DNA of 64,000 bases from Raillietiella orientalis (GCA_036172245.1 JAYWIR010000009.1:186001-250000); one strand, 5' to 3'; shown: positions 26,201 through 38,748, counted from the stretch's first letter. The notes: generated by a model from the sequence alone, not told the origin. Program-made: numbers and translations.

Positions 26201-29200
26201 CGGCGCTGGCACTCGACTGAAGAGAAGGGTTCGCTGCTCCTCGCCGAGTCAGCATCCGTTCCTTCCGATGAGTGCTCACCACCTCCGGAACCATGGGAGG
26301 CAGAAGAATCCGCAGCGACCCTGATCTTCCCGAAGAAGTCGCTCAGAGGCCGACGGACGATGGCGGCCGCAGGACAGAAGCGGAACCACGCAGCTTCGGG
26401 AAGGCGCGGACGCAGCGCCGGGACGCCGGCAGCCGCTAGAGATGCCTCGTACGCTGGGTCGCATCGCTTCCCAGAAAAGGGACACGCGCCACCTCCTTCG
26501 GAGGTCCCCGAGACATCCCTGGCGGAGCGCGGAATTTCGCGGGATCGACCGAGAAGCGGGGCGAGGTCCGCGCGTGAATCGACTCCGCGTCGCGGTCAGC
26601 CATAACAAGAGGTCAAGTGCTCGATCGTGTGCGCGCTCCCGGCTTCCCCGCATTCGCGAGTTCCCTCGCACGCGCCCATCAGCCAGCCTCGCTTTCCTGT
26701 TCTGGCGCGCTACCTGATCCTCTGGATCCTCCGCCGTTGGTTGGTTCCCTGCGCCATCGTTTCCCTCTCATCGAAATTGGCAGCTACGAGCGCGATGAGG
26801 GTACGCCATCAAGGATCGACCTGGCTGAGCGGAGTCATTGCGTCTGGGCCCTCGTTTGGTTAATGACAACTTCCTCGAATGGGTCTCCGTCGTACCATTG
26901 AGGCTCTCTAATTAAAGGCACTACCCCGAGTTCCCCGGCGCTTCCCTAAACGGCCCGCCCGCCGTAAATCACAGGATCGCGTCTGCGCGCTCTCGCCCCC
27001 GCCTCGCTGCGGCGTTCTTGCTTGCAGCCCTTTCCTGCCCCGGACAGCTGCCCGGGTCACGTCGATCTCTTCCACCCTCTCTCTCTCGGACACGACCTCC
27101 GGGATTCCCCTGAGAGTTGACACCCGGGAGACTTCGCGGGAGAGACGTGCGAGTGTGAAGCTGCAGCAACCGCCTCCCACCCCACCACCCGTTCCTATCC
27201 ACCCCCGAGCAGCCCGCAGGAGCCTGTCCGTGGATCGTGGATCTCGGTCTGGAGGCCTCCTGCGAGCGCCACGAGCCTGCAGCTCCTGCTCTCCCGGTTC
27301 CAACTTTCTTTCTTCCTACCCCCTACGGCGAGCCGAAGGGATCTGCAGTGCTTCCATTTGACAGGCGGCAGGCACGGAGGCATCCAAAGTGAGGCAGAGC
27401 TTGACTAGGTTTGCCCTGAGGAGCGCTGCGGGTTTCGACAGCGGGACCTGCCCTCAGCTCCGAAACCAGGCAGGTGGCAGCACCGAAAGGGGGAGACGAG
27501 AACGGAACCTCTGCAAGGCAGTTGGCCGGATAGAGGCGCGGCCCGGACCCGGGAAGAGCTTCCCAGACCAGTATGCCCTCCCGCGCACTCCGTGGGAGGA
27601 AGATGTCAGTCGAAAGCAAGCGACAGGAGTCCCGCGCGGGTCTGGAATTCCCCGATCCACCGGCCCGTGGTAACGGACCCTCCCTCCCTCCCTCCCCTTG
27701 CACTGGACTTGACGCCCGAAAAGGCTGGGCGGGACCGGTCTTGCCACGAGCCGACTCTCCCTCTCGTTGAACTCTCAGTCGGGAGCGGGGGAGGAGCAAA
27801 GATGCACGCCGCAGAGCCTGCCGATCGGAAAGCCGTGGGTCCGCGGGGCCATCACCTCTTCGTTACCCCCTGGCGGGGATCACCATCCATAGCCGCTTCC
27901 ATCGCGCGGTCCGAAAAGGATGCTGGCGGAGGTGATGGCCTTCGGATCCGACGGCGGCGAAGGGCCTCCCTGTGCCTCCGAAGCGATCGATCATTCCTCT
28001 GGTAGCGCCAGCCGTTCCCTAGGTGACTCGCTCCGATTCAGAAGGCACCGCCCGGGGACTTGACGTATCGCTCGCCCGCCCTGGAGGGAAGCGGGTTACT
28101 AGTCAGCCGCGGGCGACCCGCGTCGATGGAGACGGCGGATCCGGTCGGGTCGGTGCCGGGGGCGGTTTCACCAGGGACCGGAGAAGCCGCCCTCGACACA
28201 GGGGAGAAACTCCGTTCCCCGTAACACGCGCGACCCCTGAGCGGGAGCCGCCGCCGTCGCGGCTGACGGACGGACGAAGAGGTTCCGAGGCGCGAAGCGT
28301 CTCACAGACTTTCTTGCGTTCCACCCAGCAGCAGCGCCTTTGTCTATCGCTCTGGTGGCCTGCTGATCTTCTTCTCCCGCCCTCCCGAAAAGTGCAAACA
28401 GCTCATGGAGGGGAGATATGTCCTTTTCCTATGTTTTCCTCCTCCTTCTTTTCCTTTTCCTGTCTTTCCTCTGTCCGACCACTGCCGTCAGCAGAAAGAC
28501 GGTCGGCGACACTGACACACCCCTAGCGCGAGGAGCTTCGATGACTGCGCTGCGTTCCAGGTGTGCTGAGCATCGTTATTCTGGACGGAGGTCGCTTGCT
28601 GGTGGGCACCGGCGACGGGGTGGTCAGCGTCGTCGAAGAGATGCAAGCCTTGCATCACTCCAGGAAGAAGTCTGAAGCTCTGAAGCAGATGATTGAATCG
28701 GGGCTGAAGGAGGTCGGTTCTTCCCAGAGCCTCCTACGCGCTCGCTCACCTGCACCTTCCAGCTGCGCTCCGTCCGCCTCGACGGAGGGGTAACCACCAT
28801 CGCTCCCTACTCGAGCACCCTCGTCTACGTAGGAACAGGAAAGAGCCACGTGTACACTCTGAATGTGGACACGCTCCACGTGACCCTGCTCCACACTGCC
28901 CACGTGGATCGCATCCACTCAGTCGTCTTCCCCACGTGAGTCGGGAAGAACGAGAGGGAGGTCGGGTCCCTGCTTCGTGCACCGGGCGCGTGCAAAGGGG
29001 GGGGATGGGGCACTAGCCCCATTCGTCCGGTAGTCGATCCGGCCACCGGAACGTCGGGGAAGAGAGCGGCATCATTTGGCAGCGGCGGGAGGGGCTGCTA
29101 CTCCTCCTGGTCCTCTCCCCGTGTTTCGCTCCTCGCTCAGGAGTGGAGGTCTCTTCCGGAAGATGCCTCCGCCTCACTCCCCTTCTGACCAACCTCCGAG

Positions 29201-32200
29201 CGTGGAATCGCGGTGATGACCTGGTGACGCGGGGGAAGACAAGGAAGAGCGGGAGGACCTGAGTGAGAGTACTCCTTCGTTCTCCCCGCAGCCTCGTCGA
29301 CTGCTAGTCCGCAGCGACGGAGGCAGAAAGCTCCTTCCCTTCTTCCCCGGCGTAGCGGAGTCTTCGGTGGCTTCTCAGCGCTTCCCGCCGGCTGCCACCA
29401 GTCCTCCGGCCGCATCAGCGACCTTCGCGCACTGGGGACCAAGCAAAAAACCCCTCCCCCCCGAGAACCAGCCCCTCTGAGGACGTCCTCTCCACAAGGA
29501 ACTGCAGCAAGCTGTTCGCCACCTGCTCCAAAGAAGACGTGCGTGTTTGGCACGCGGACTCCGGCCTGGAGCTGCTGCGCATCCCCGTCCCCAACAAGAG
29601 CTGCAAAGCTCTGGACTTTTCCAAGGATGGGACGTGCATCGTCACAGGTATTTTGGCCCTCCTACCCGGTCCCGGTGGGAGTGCGCCTGAAGTGGGAGCG
29701 GGCGCGTTCACCTTGCGCGGGCGGGGGTTCGCTCCTCTCCTCCATGGTGCGGAGTTCCGTCTCGGAGCTGTCGCAGCTGATCGATCGCCGGGCGCGGCTC
29801 CCGGAGTCCACCCCTCCCCCCCCTCGGACCGCCCTTTCCCGGCGCGCTTCGAGGCTGCGCTCTCAGAGACGCCTCCATCCCTTGTGGATCGCCCTCTTTG
29901 CTCCTCATTCGAATACGCACGGGCACGCGGCGGCCGACTTGCCCACGTCTTGAGTGCAGCCGCCACTCGGAGGTGGCGCCGCGAGCTCGGAAGCGGCGAA
30001 ATGGCACCCATATGAAGGCTTGATGTCTCCCCCACCCACTTTTCCTCTTCCTTTGCCCCGGGCTGTGCCCTGATCCCGTAGCAGCCCTTCCCACAAGCCG
30101 TACCATCGTCAGGAACGATGACGAAAGGGAGGAGGGACAAGGGGGATTTCATTGGGGACTATGGTGGCCCCTCGGCTTCCACAGGGGCGGGAGGCTCCAG
30201 GGTAAGCTGAAGAGCCTTGGGATTCACAAGGAGGGCTCGAGGTGACCTCGAAGACGCACGAACGAACCTCCCCCCACCCTCCTCGCTTGCTCCACCCCTT
30301 TCCCTTCGCGATATCCGCGAGTGCGGCTCCTATGAGAGGTCTGGAAGGGGAACGCGTGAACACCAGCCTGGCTGCTTCCCAGGACCACTTATCCCCGGGT
30401 CATCGAGCCTCCGATCGCCGAGAGAATCCCACCCAAGCCCAATAGCGGGAGCCGAGGGTGCGCCGGAGCTTCGCATCGTGGCCCCGTGAACCGGACGCAG
30501 AACAGCCTGCCCGGAGGCTCGTCCCTGCGAGTCGCACCTCTCGACCGGAAGTGGATGCCCGCCTGCCCTGCGGCGTTGGTGCGCTCGCCAGACAGGCTCC
30601 TCCGTTTCCCGATCTCCCAGGCGGCAAGGAAAGCGCTCGCCTGAGATGCGAGTGGGTCCTGAACGTAGCCGCGTGGGCCGTCCGCCCCTTCCCCGTGGGA
30701 ACTGTCTTCGGGTTCCGTGCCTGTCGCGGGGTCACGAGGCGCACGTACGTGCGTGCAGCGCCTCCTCCCGCTCGCTCACCCTACTGCTTGCTCGTCCGAC
30801 CGACCAAGGGTTCTCGAGTGGAACTCGAATGATGGGATCGTTGTAGGCGATCTTTGGACTCTACCAGTGGCAGCTCGCTCAGAAGAAGGGGAGGGAGAGG
30901 CCGCGACTCAGAAGAGCGGCCCGCGCGCGCTGCATTCAGGGGCTGCCCTTCTCGCACCTCAGGACGACGCGCATCTCCGAAAAGCGACCGCTCGAAGATG
31001 AGCATGGCCGCTGCGCACTATAGCAGCAGGCGGCTGAGCCTCCGCGCGCTCCACCGCAGGTGGCGTCCCCCATCCCCACCCCATTCAGCTCCTTACGAGG
31101 AGTCTGTGGGGCCCACCAACGCGCCACTGCTTTCGCCCGTCCACCGCCAAAGCGAAACCGCCCACGGTTCTTCTTCTTTTGTCCTTCCTCCTCATCCCCC
31201 CTCTTCCCTTGCACGCGGTCTCCCTGATACTCTCCCTGAAACACAGAAAGCCTCTTAGCCACTTGCACGCACAAACAACGCGTACCGAAATGCAAAGTGT
31301 GCAGGGAGTGCGGCCGCGTCGCCCTGGAGGTCCACATTCTCCCCCTCCAGAGGATTCCTTCCCCTGAGGCGGCAGCAACCACCTGTACACCGCAATCCCC
31401 CCTCCCCCCCTAGGTGCGCATCCCGGAGAGAATGTAAACGGCGCGCGCGAGACGAGCTGGAAGTCGAGACTCGCGCGCACCTTCCTGGCCTCCCTCCGCT
31501 TCCAGAGGGCGCATAGTGAGCTGGACCCGGATGCCGGCACACCCTTGCCTTTCCCTTTCAACAGAAAAAAAGGTGACGCGGGTGTCTGCGGTGAGTCCGA
31601 GGTTCCCGCGCACAGCCGCGGCGAGGCGACCGGTGGACCTGCCAGAGCAAGCAGCATATCACGCGCGCGAGAGACCGCGGGAGCTTACAGAGGCGTCTCT
31701 CTTCCCCGCAGCCTGGAACGACGGCAGGATAAGGGTCTTCACTCCTGAAAAAGGGACCCTCCTCTACATGATCTGCGACGCCCACCCCATACAGGTGACG
31801 GCGATCGCCATGACGTCCGTCGGCAACCGGATCGTCAGCGGAGGAGGCGAGGGACAGGTGAGGCGCATTCGTCTTCGCCGCTCCCGCCATTCCCTCGGGA
31901 TTGCTCACTCCAGATCGTTCGCGGGAGCGGCGTCGCCCAAGGACGCTTCTCCGGGCGAGCCATCGCAGGGGATTCGCCTTTCCTTCCCCCCTCCTCCTTC
32001 CTCCGAATTTCACGCTTTCGGGGTTGCGCACCTCCTGTGCAAGTGAGGGGGAGCTTGACGGACGCGTCCTTGTCTCTCCGGGGACGGCTCGCTGCTTCCT
32101 CCTCTGATCGCCCACACAGGGGACCTTCTCCACCCCGGCGCGCGAAGAACGGAACTCTAGACGGGCGACGTTCTCCGTCCCCGATGGCATCCACCCGCAG

Positions 32201-35200
32201 GAACTCGGGTGCCGCCCGTAGCCGTGAGCAGCCAAGGCCGCCGCCGCCGCCACCTCCGCGGTTGCCGCCGCGCAGCTCGCCGGAGACTCCGCGAGCAGCA
32301 GGCGATCGCGGCCGCTACTGAAGGGAACTTTCGGGCAGCGTGCCGCCGATCGCGCCATCATGATCCAATCGGGGAAGGGGGAAGGGAGGGGGGGTCGGAG
32401 ACTTGCGTTGTGAGCGCGGGGGCACTACAGCAGCAGCCTCCTTCCTTGTAGCGCGCGAGCATCCTCCTCCTCCTGGGTCCTCCTGCCTGCGAGTGTCCGC
32501 TCTCTCCATTGCTTCCATCACGCGCTGCGTGCGGCTTCCCTCCAGACACAAGGCTGCGCGGACCGGGCGCCTCGGCGTGTCCCTCGCATCAGAGGCAGCG
32601 TGCCCGACATCCATCAAGCCATTCGCGTTTGTGGCGGTGAGATGTTTCCGTGACGGCGCTGCTAAGGTCACCGAAACGTCTTGGATGATCTCGGTAAAGT
32701 CTCAGAAATTGGCTTTCTGCCCTGGTAGACTCGCACGCACCCACGCGGGGAACGAGCGCGCGCGGCTGAGGGAGAGGAGTACAGGGAGGGATCTCCTTTC
32801 TCGTGCCCGAGTGCCAGGGGCAAAAAAAAAGAGTCAGCGGAAGGGTGGACGGGACCTTCGTTCCGGACGCAATTCCTGGACGGTCGGCTGCCATCGGTTG
32901 TCCCCCGCTCTCGAGTATGGAACGTCGCCAAGCGTGCCAGTTGGCTCTTTAAGACTCACCACTGTCCCGTGTCGGCGAGAACACCTATGGTGCCCCAGGC
33001 TGGCGATCGCGGAAGAGGCACAGAGCTCTCTGCTCAGATTGGTGGCCCGCCTCGCGAAAGCCACGTTGGCGGCAGAGGGCCGCTAAGCAAAAAGTTGCGC
33101 AGCCGCCACTGCGTCACACGCCCACCATGTGGAGAGCGATCTACACGACGTCGCATTTTTCGTCAGGAGTCTGCGCTGGTTGGTCCTCCCCTGAGATCAT
33201 ACGAGTGGCTCCCATCTTCTGGGATGATTTGAAGCGGGTGCTGAGGTGGCGGCAGTCTCGGAAATCGCTGCTGCCTTCCTCACGAAGCACCGCTTCGCGT
33301 TTCCCAAATCGCTCCGAGGGTGGAAGTTGGACGACGAGCTGGGTCGCAGCGCATGCAGGCCTGTCAGGAGGTCCATTTGTCCGCACCGCTTGCGCTGCGC
33401 GCGTCGCTGAGGTCGGTGAACGCAGCGAGCACACTTCAGAAGCTGCTTAATGCCGCGAAGCGGACGAGAGCCAGCGGCTTGCGTCAGGCACCGCCATGTG
33501 TGCTTCGAGAACTTAAGCCGTCCGGACGCTCACTCTGACTCTGGAAGCAGCCGGAGCGGGGTCCTTCCTGGGTATCCCTGCAGCGCAGGGTACATGTAGA
33601 GTGGCTGGGTTCGGGAGGAGAAGGGGGGAAGGTACCTCCCTGGGAACGGCGTGCCAAGGTTCACGACGAGACAAGCCTTGGACTCGGAGGACAGCGAGGA
33701 GGAGAACTCCGGGCACCTGTGGGCGATGACTGAATGCCCTTCCGGAGACGGCTGCAGCGTTATCACATGTGTTTTTTGCAGTCCTCTTAGAGGACTATGC
33801 AGTGGGACCGAAAACGCCAGCAGCACCCCCCGAAGCAATGCTCACTAAGGAAGAGTGAATTTGGAACCTGTAGGAGTCAGCAAGTTGCGCACAAACTAGA
33901 ACGCAGGTCTTCCTCTCACCCACCTCTTAAAATAAATAAACAAACAAAAAATAGGAAAAGCTGCAAGCTCTGCTGGAAAGTAGCACCATTCTTGTCTTGG
34001 AGCGCCCGCATCGTCGTCGTTCATGCCTTCGCGGGCGCGCTCCGTTCCTTCTGGTTCGCCAAAGACGACGGATATCCTGACGTTCCCAAGTGGGGAGAGC
34101 TCCCTTGCTTCTTGCGAACTGGAAGCTGACGCTTTCCGGCCCGGAACAGTGCCCACGTGATGCTTCCGGGTCCGAGATGCTCCCGCAGAACTTTTCGTTT
34201 GCTTTACGCCGTGGACGCGCTCACGTCCGAGGCGGTCTGAAGTTGCTGCGCGGCACCCTCAAGAGGATGTCGCCCTGCTCCTGCATCCTACGCAGTGGGA
34301 ACTGCTAGGTGATCATTTGATCCGCATGCAGGAAGAGATCGAGTGTTTGATCATCCCGGGTCACAGCGACGCTCTCCGTTCTGCTACGGGAAGGAGCTTT
34401 TGCTTGCTACGGGAAGAGGGAAAGCTGACTGAGATCGATCAACGGGCCTTCGGAGCGCCGAGATTCAGGTTGCTTCGCTCGAACCGTCGGCGGAGAAGAG
34501 TGGTTTCTAAGACCACCCTCTTCGGAGATGCGCCAACTTTCTCGGATTCCGCAGCACATCTCGGCAATCCCACGCAAAGTCCGCGCAACTGGAAATAGGC
34601 TGTTCAGATGGAGAAAATAGGGTAAGGAGGGGGAGGAAGAATGAAGCTGCCTGCAAATGCACCATTTACGAGGAAGCATGTATCAAGGGGTGCTCCATCC
34701 GACCCCAAAGGGAGGGGAACGGCGCCGACGCAAAATGCTCCATGCACCTTCGAACTCTGGTGCACGAACGAAACTTCCAGAGAGTAGGAAGCAGGATAGG
34801 TGGGAATTCACGGGAAATGCAGAAATCCACTCATGTTCCCAAAAAGAAAAGGCTTCTAAATTCTTGGAAGATGAAGAGCAAAAGAAAAGAAAAGAAAGGA
34901 AAGTAAAAAAAAAAAAAGCGATCTCATTACCGTTTGTTCAGTGTGTACCCATGTCCGGACCGAGTCTGAAGAATTTGCAACCTCATTTTCCGATCACGCA
35001 CCTTTGGACGTTGGTGCGGATGCAAATGCGTCAGCTGTCTTCTTCACCCAAGAAAACGTGCCTCGGTTATGCTACTTTCAAGTGCTATGCAAATAAGAAT
35101 CGCTCTCTTTTGCGTTCCCATCTTAAAATCTGGTTTCTTTCGAGGAACACAGCTCAGGAGAGCAATAGTCATTGCTGAAGTGAGGAAAAGGAGAAGAGGA

Positions 35201-36833
35201 AGAAGAAGAGCATTGACGTGACGACGGAATGTTTCTCATTCTACGAAGAGCGCATTCATCATTGGCTACGGATACGCGTGGAAAACCGCTGCTGCTTGGT
35301 TCATTAATTCCTTTCTACTGTACTCGCGTGCAAACGCATGCTGACCCTCCCGAATCCTCCTCAGGCAAACTGGAGGATGATGAAAATTTTTCGCTTCACT
35401 TCACCTTATTCGTTTGTTTTTATTTATTCCTCTCCCTTCCCCGAAAGATTCGCAGACTGCGACGACCGAACGCAAAATGCAGATGCACTTTTTTGCAAAG
35501 AATTTTTTTGCAGATTAGGATATGGGAAGTCAGTTGCAACTTTCAAACGCTTCTTCGATCTCTCCACGAGCACAAAGGTCCCGTCCGTGCAGTCAGGCTG
35601 AGCAAGAACGACGACGAATGTGTCAGTGCGAGCACAGACGGAACCTGCGTCATTTGGGATCTGAAGTGATGTACACTTTTCTGATCATTCTTAGGGGAAT
35701 AACCGATTACCGCAGACGATTCATACGCAAGCAAATTGTATTCTCCAATGCTCTGTTCCGATCAGTTTGTTATCATCCCTCAGAATGCCAGATAGTAACT
35801 TGTGGCAGTGACAGAAAGATAAGCTTTTGGGAAGTCTTAGATGGAAGCCTCATAAGAGAGCTGGAAGGATCCATCTTTGAAGGAATCAACGCTGTGCAAG
35901 TATCCCCGGATGGAAAGTTTTTGGTCTCCGGATCCTCCGACAAACTTATAAGAGTAAGTCCTCACGCAAGAGCTCAGGCAGAATCGAACCGACTTGAGCA
36001 ATGCGCACACCAATCATCAATCCAAGTCGATGAATGCAAAAAGCAACTTCCTCTCTCTGTCTACCAGAGCCGCACGCGCCGCTCAGCTAACGAGTTCCAC
36101 CGATCAAACGCAGACCTCGCCAGTCTTGCACGTACCGTGTCTTTGCACTGCAGCTGCCCCTATCCACATAAGCCACCTCTTTTGGGACTACTACCGAAAA
36201 ATCCGATAATGTGAAACGGTAAAATTTTATTTGCAGACAATTTCCTTTACGGCAGATTAATGGGATGACCGTGAGGAAAGCATCGGCTTGCAAGAAAGAG
36301 TGAGTCATTTGCTGCAGTTCGCATTGGTCTCGCTTCATGTTGGAACTTTCGTAAGGACGGGCACGAAAACCAACGCGGTTTCGAATTTCGAAAAATAGTA
36401 TTTCGCAAATTCATACATAATGCAAACCTTTCCGACTGCTCGAGAGTGCATGGTCAGCAAACGGAAAAGTGTCGGATCCCATCCAGAAGTGCTCTGGAGG
36501 AAGAATCCTTGCAGATAATTCTCTCAAAGACAGAGAGAGGCACCCTTCCAGGCCTTCCGCGGTCGGAGCCGACCCATGCATTGGCGGCGACATTCGATAC
36601 GGACAGGCGCTCGCGAAGGCGCTTTGCTTTGCTCCTCTTCTCGCGTATCCACAGCAACCGTCTCTAATCCCTCCGTGTTCCAGGTGTGGTTGTACGAAGA
36701 AGGTGAAGTATTCAGGATTGGCGTCGGGCATGGTGGATCGATATCAGGCATCGCCATTTCTCCCGACCAAAAGCACATTGTGTCCGTGGGGTGGGATGGC
36801 GCCATCATGAGGTGGGAATTTCCCAATCACTAG
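8187..36833 (+). CDS. CFAP52: Cilia- and flagella-associated protein 52 (WDR16), WD40-repeat axonemal protein; complete 12-exon gene, 661 aa
   Basis: Exons 8187-8250, 11569-11768, 16407-16584, 22150-22337, 23973-24168, 28561-28712, 28763-28935, 29499-29647, 31712-31857, 35514-35665, 35716-35953, 36684-36833. All introns are GT-AG with consistent phases; total 1986 nt. The translation is colinear with remembered WDR16 (VIGF.G.VP.GL..HP, IASGQ..MGFK, LSLGG.DDGS, GTTTGDILK, AWNDG.IR, SGGGEG, ASTDGTC.IWDL, WEV.DG..IRELEGS, DGAI.RW). Confidence 0.96.
9628..9654. repeat. Imperfect (AGC)n microsatellite
   Basis: agcagcagcagcggcagcagcagcagc. Confidence 0.85.
11569..11768 (+). CDS. CFAP52: CFAP52 exon 2
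   Basis: ctgcag acceptor; KVPNGLHVHPG...IASGQINYMGFK; donor GTAAGA. Confidence 0.95.
14805..15241. mobile_element. Degenerate AT-rich foldback / MITE-like element in CFAP52 intron 2
   Basis: AT-rich island in GC-rich DNA bounded by imperfect ~35-bp inverted repeats, with a central hairpin built from the same GAA(A/G)GATCATAAA motif. No clear target-site duplication. Confidence 0.5.
16407..16584 (+). CDS. CFAP52: CFAP52 exon 3
   Basis: ttccag acceptor; VPTILWNF...LSLGGEDDGSLVVYSVEKRQPLCG; donor GTGAGT. Confidence 0.95.
19542..19560. repeat. (TGA)n microsatellite
   Basis: tgatgatgatgatgatgat. Confidence 0.85.
22150..22337 (+). CDS. CFAP52: CFAP52 exon 4
   Basis: Pyrimidine tract plus cgcag; FPASHG...TLRIWKLNPEKRKI...GHLHRDIRCLE; donor GTAACG. 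Confidence 0.93.
23973..24168 (+). CDS. CFAP52: CFAP52 exon 5
   Basis: ttgcag; VSQNDEFLYAGTTTGDILKIK...TYSG; donor GTGGGA, phase 1. Confidence 0.9.
28561..28712 (+). CDS. CFAP52: CFAP52 exon 6
   Basis: ttccag; GVLSIVILDGGRLLVGTGDG...GLKE; followed by a 50-nt intron. Confidence 0.9.
28763..28935 (+). CDS. CFAP52: CFAP52 exon 7
   Basis: LRSVRLDGGVTTIA...VYVGTGKSHVY...AHVDRIHSVVFP; donor GTGAGT, phase 2. Confidence 0.92.
29499..29647 (+). CDS. CFAP52: CFAP52 exon 8
   Basis: NCSKLFATCSKEDVRVWH...ELLRIPVPNKSC..LDFSKDG; acceptor AAG at 29498 (alternative in-frame CAG at 29507). Confidence 0.9.
31712..31857 (+). CDS. CFAP52: CFAP52 exon 9
   Basis: AWNDGRIRVFTPEKG...VTAIA...IVSGGGEGQ; donor GTGAGG. 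Confidence 0.95.
35514..35665 (+). CDS. CFAP52: CFAP52 exon 10
   Basis: IRIWEV...EHKGPV...ECVSASTDGTCVIWDLK; followed by a 50-nt intron. Confidence 0.94.
35716..35953 (+). CDS. CFAP52: CFAP52 exon 11
   Basis: RFIRKQ...VCYHPSECQIVTCGSDRKISFWEVLDGSLIRELEGS...DKLIR; donor GTAAGT. Confidence 0.95.
36684..36833 (+). CDS. CFAP52: CFAP52 exon 12 (terminal)
   Basis: VWLYEEGEVFRIGVGHGG...ISPDQKHIVSVGWDGAIMRWEFPNH followed by TAG. Confidence 0.95.
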   Translation: MWLYEEGEVFRIGVGHGGSISGIAISPDQKHIVSVGWDGAIMRWEFPNH

Positions 36834-36897
36834 AGTGGGAGTTCCTGCAATCACGACGCACGACCTCCCCGGCGAAAATTTTTTGGCTCAAACGGGA

Positions 36898-36907
36898 AAT
36901 AAATAAA
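36898..36907 (+). terminator. Putative polyadenylation signal of CFAP52
   Basis: Overlapping AATAAATAAA 65 nt after the stop codon. Confidence 0.6.
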
Positions 36908-37467
36908 AGGAGACAGACGGCTTGCTGCAAAGGAATTCGTCAGTTGCTTCGCTTCTGCGCCCGCTATCCCGTAGACTCCCGATGTGGCTTTCGATTTGTC
37001 GTTGGGTCTGCCGAAAGGCCATCGGCGCCACCCGGAATTCGGCAGGTGTCCACGAGGACGGTCCGACTACGAGCCAGTAGTCGGACCGCCGTTTGCCGGC
37101 AGCGCGCTACTGAATGCCAGTTCGAATTCTTCGGACACTGGACGACGACGAGATGCGATGACTCATGAAACTGGGTTTTTTTTTTTTTTTTGTCTGTTGT
37201 TGTTGTTTTTTCCGCCTTCCTCTTCTTTTCCTTCTTGCTTTTCGATCGACCTTTCAAGGTTTGGCGATGGAGCGAAGGAGCGGTCCGCGTTGATGTGGGA
37301 AACCTGGCGCCCACGGCGCGCCGCCGCTCCTCCCGTGGTGCGCAGCGTGCTCGAACGCTGTCGCGTTGCCTTGGTGTGTGCCGTGACAGCTGAGGATGTG
37401 GACGAGTTGCATACGGAACCGACTGAGAAATAAAGAAACAAACAAATAAATGAATTAATGAACAAAC

Positions 37468-38748
37468 ATGGCAGCCAGCGTGTACGCAGTCTGGCTGCAT
37501 GTATTCTTAAGTTTTGCTAGCCATGCCGGTTGCTCCCATGACCTGGATGACGACGGTGTTCAGTTTGCGTCGAAATGTGAAGGTATTCTTTGCCCTTAGT
37601 TAGGATTTGCTGGAATTACTGTGCCGGTGACGTGCGTGGCACAGTAATTTAATCAAGTGTTCGCGCCGTGGCAGTAGATGTTGCTATTAGCTTCTTTCAG
37701 TATGCAAAATTCTTGCCACAGAGTTAGAGGAGAGGTCGGGAAAAACTGGTAGATCCCACGGCGTTGTCGAAACCGGGTACCAGCTGGGAAAAACTCATAA
37801 AAAGAAATACAAGGAATCGTAAGTGCACAATGCAACATATTGCTTTGTATACCATAATAAGCAAGATACTGAACCAGAAATTTTAAGGGAACTTAGATTG
37901 GTGGAATTGTTAGAAGATCTGTGTGAACAAGTGTTGGAATACAAGATACATAAGGAAAGAACTGATAGCACAAGATTTGCCAAAGGAACAAGTCAGACCT
38001 TTCAGACCTTGCATGGTTTAGTGTAGGTGCAGTGGATGCATGCATTAGCTCTTTACATTTGCAATGTGGATAGCATGTCACAATTCTTGAGATTGTTCTT
38101 TCTGCATTGCATGTGAAAGTTTTCCCCAAATTCGTACTGTGCATGCTGATCAGTGTACGTGTTATATGCATCGTTGTTTTTTGGCTGAGTGCTTCAGTTA
38201 AGAGAGAGATTTTTTTCTTTGTTTTTGGTCTCTATAACAGTATGTTCATGCATAAAATGATTACCTGAATGCATTACAGGCTTTTCTTTATGAGGCTCTA
38301 TGTTTCTGTTTGTGAGAATGTTGTTCTTCACCTGGAAAATATAAATGCAATTCAGAGTGCTTAGAATTTCCATTTCTTTGAATACAAAAGTCTATCATTT
38401 TTCAGAGCCAAAGGTGTCAGAGTTGAGTTGGGTATTCCTTATGAATTGTGGGACAAACCGTCGGTGGAGGTGACTAACATGAAATCACAGGTTTGGCATT
38501 AATTCTGTTTGTCATGTAATTATATTTGGTTATAGTGTGAGCAGATGTTAGAAGATCACGAATATGACATAGAAGAGTGGTTTTATAAGTATGAAGGCGT
38601 TAAGTCTTTGAAGCAGTTCTTGTGTTCAGAAAGGGTTTTGGAAAAAGGTCATGATTCCTGCTTATATGAATCGTTGACTGAGAATCCTAGACAGAAGGGG
38701 GATATGGGAACTGGAAGTAACATTCCTCAATTTAAAAAAGATTTATAG
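37468..38748 (+). CDS. Canopy family protein (CNPY3/CNPY4-type, saposin-like ER co-chaperone), 5 exons, 221 aa
   Basis: Exons 37468-37582, 37701-37818, 37888-38022, 38406-38490, 38536-38748. Hydrophobic N-terminus, then [84 protein letters not shown], and a C-terminal KDEL-like KKDL. CNPY3 versus CNPY4 orthology cannot be resolved here. Confidence 0.93.
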
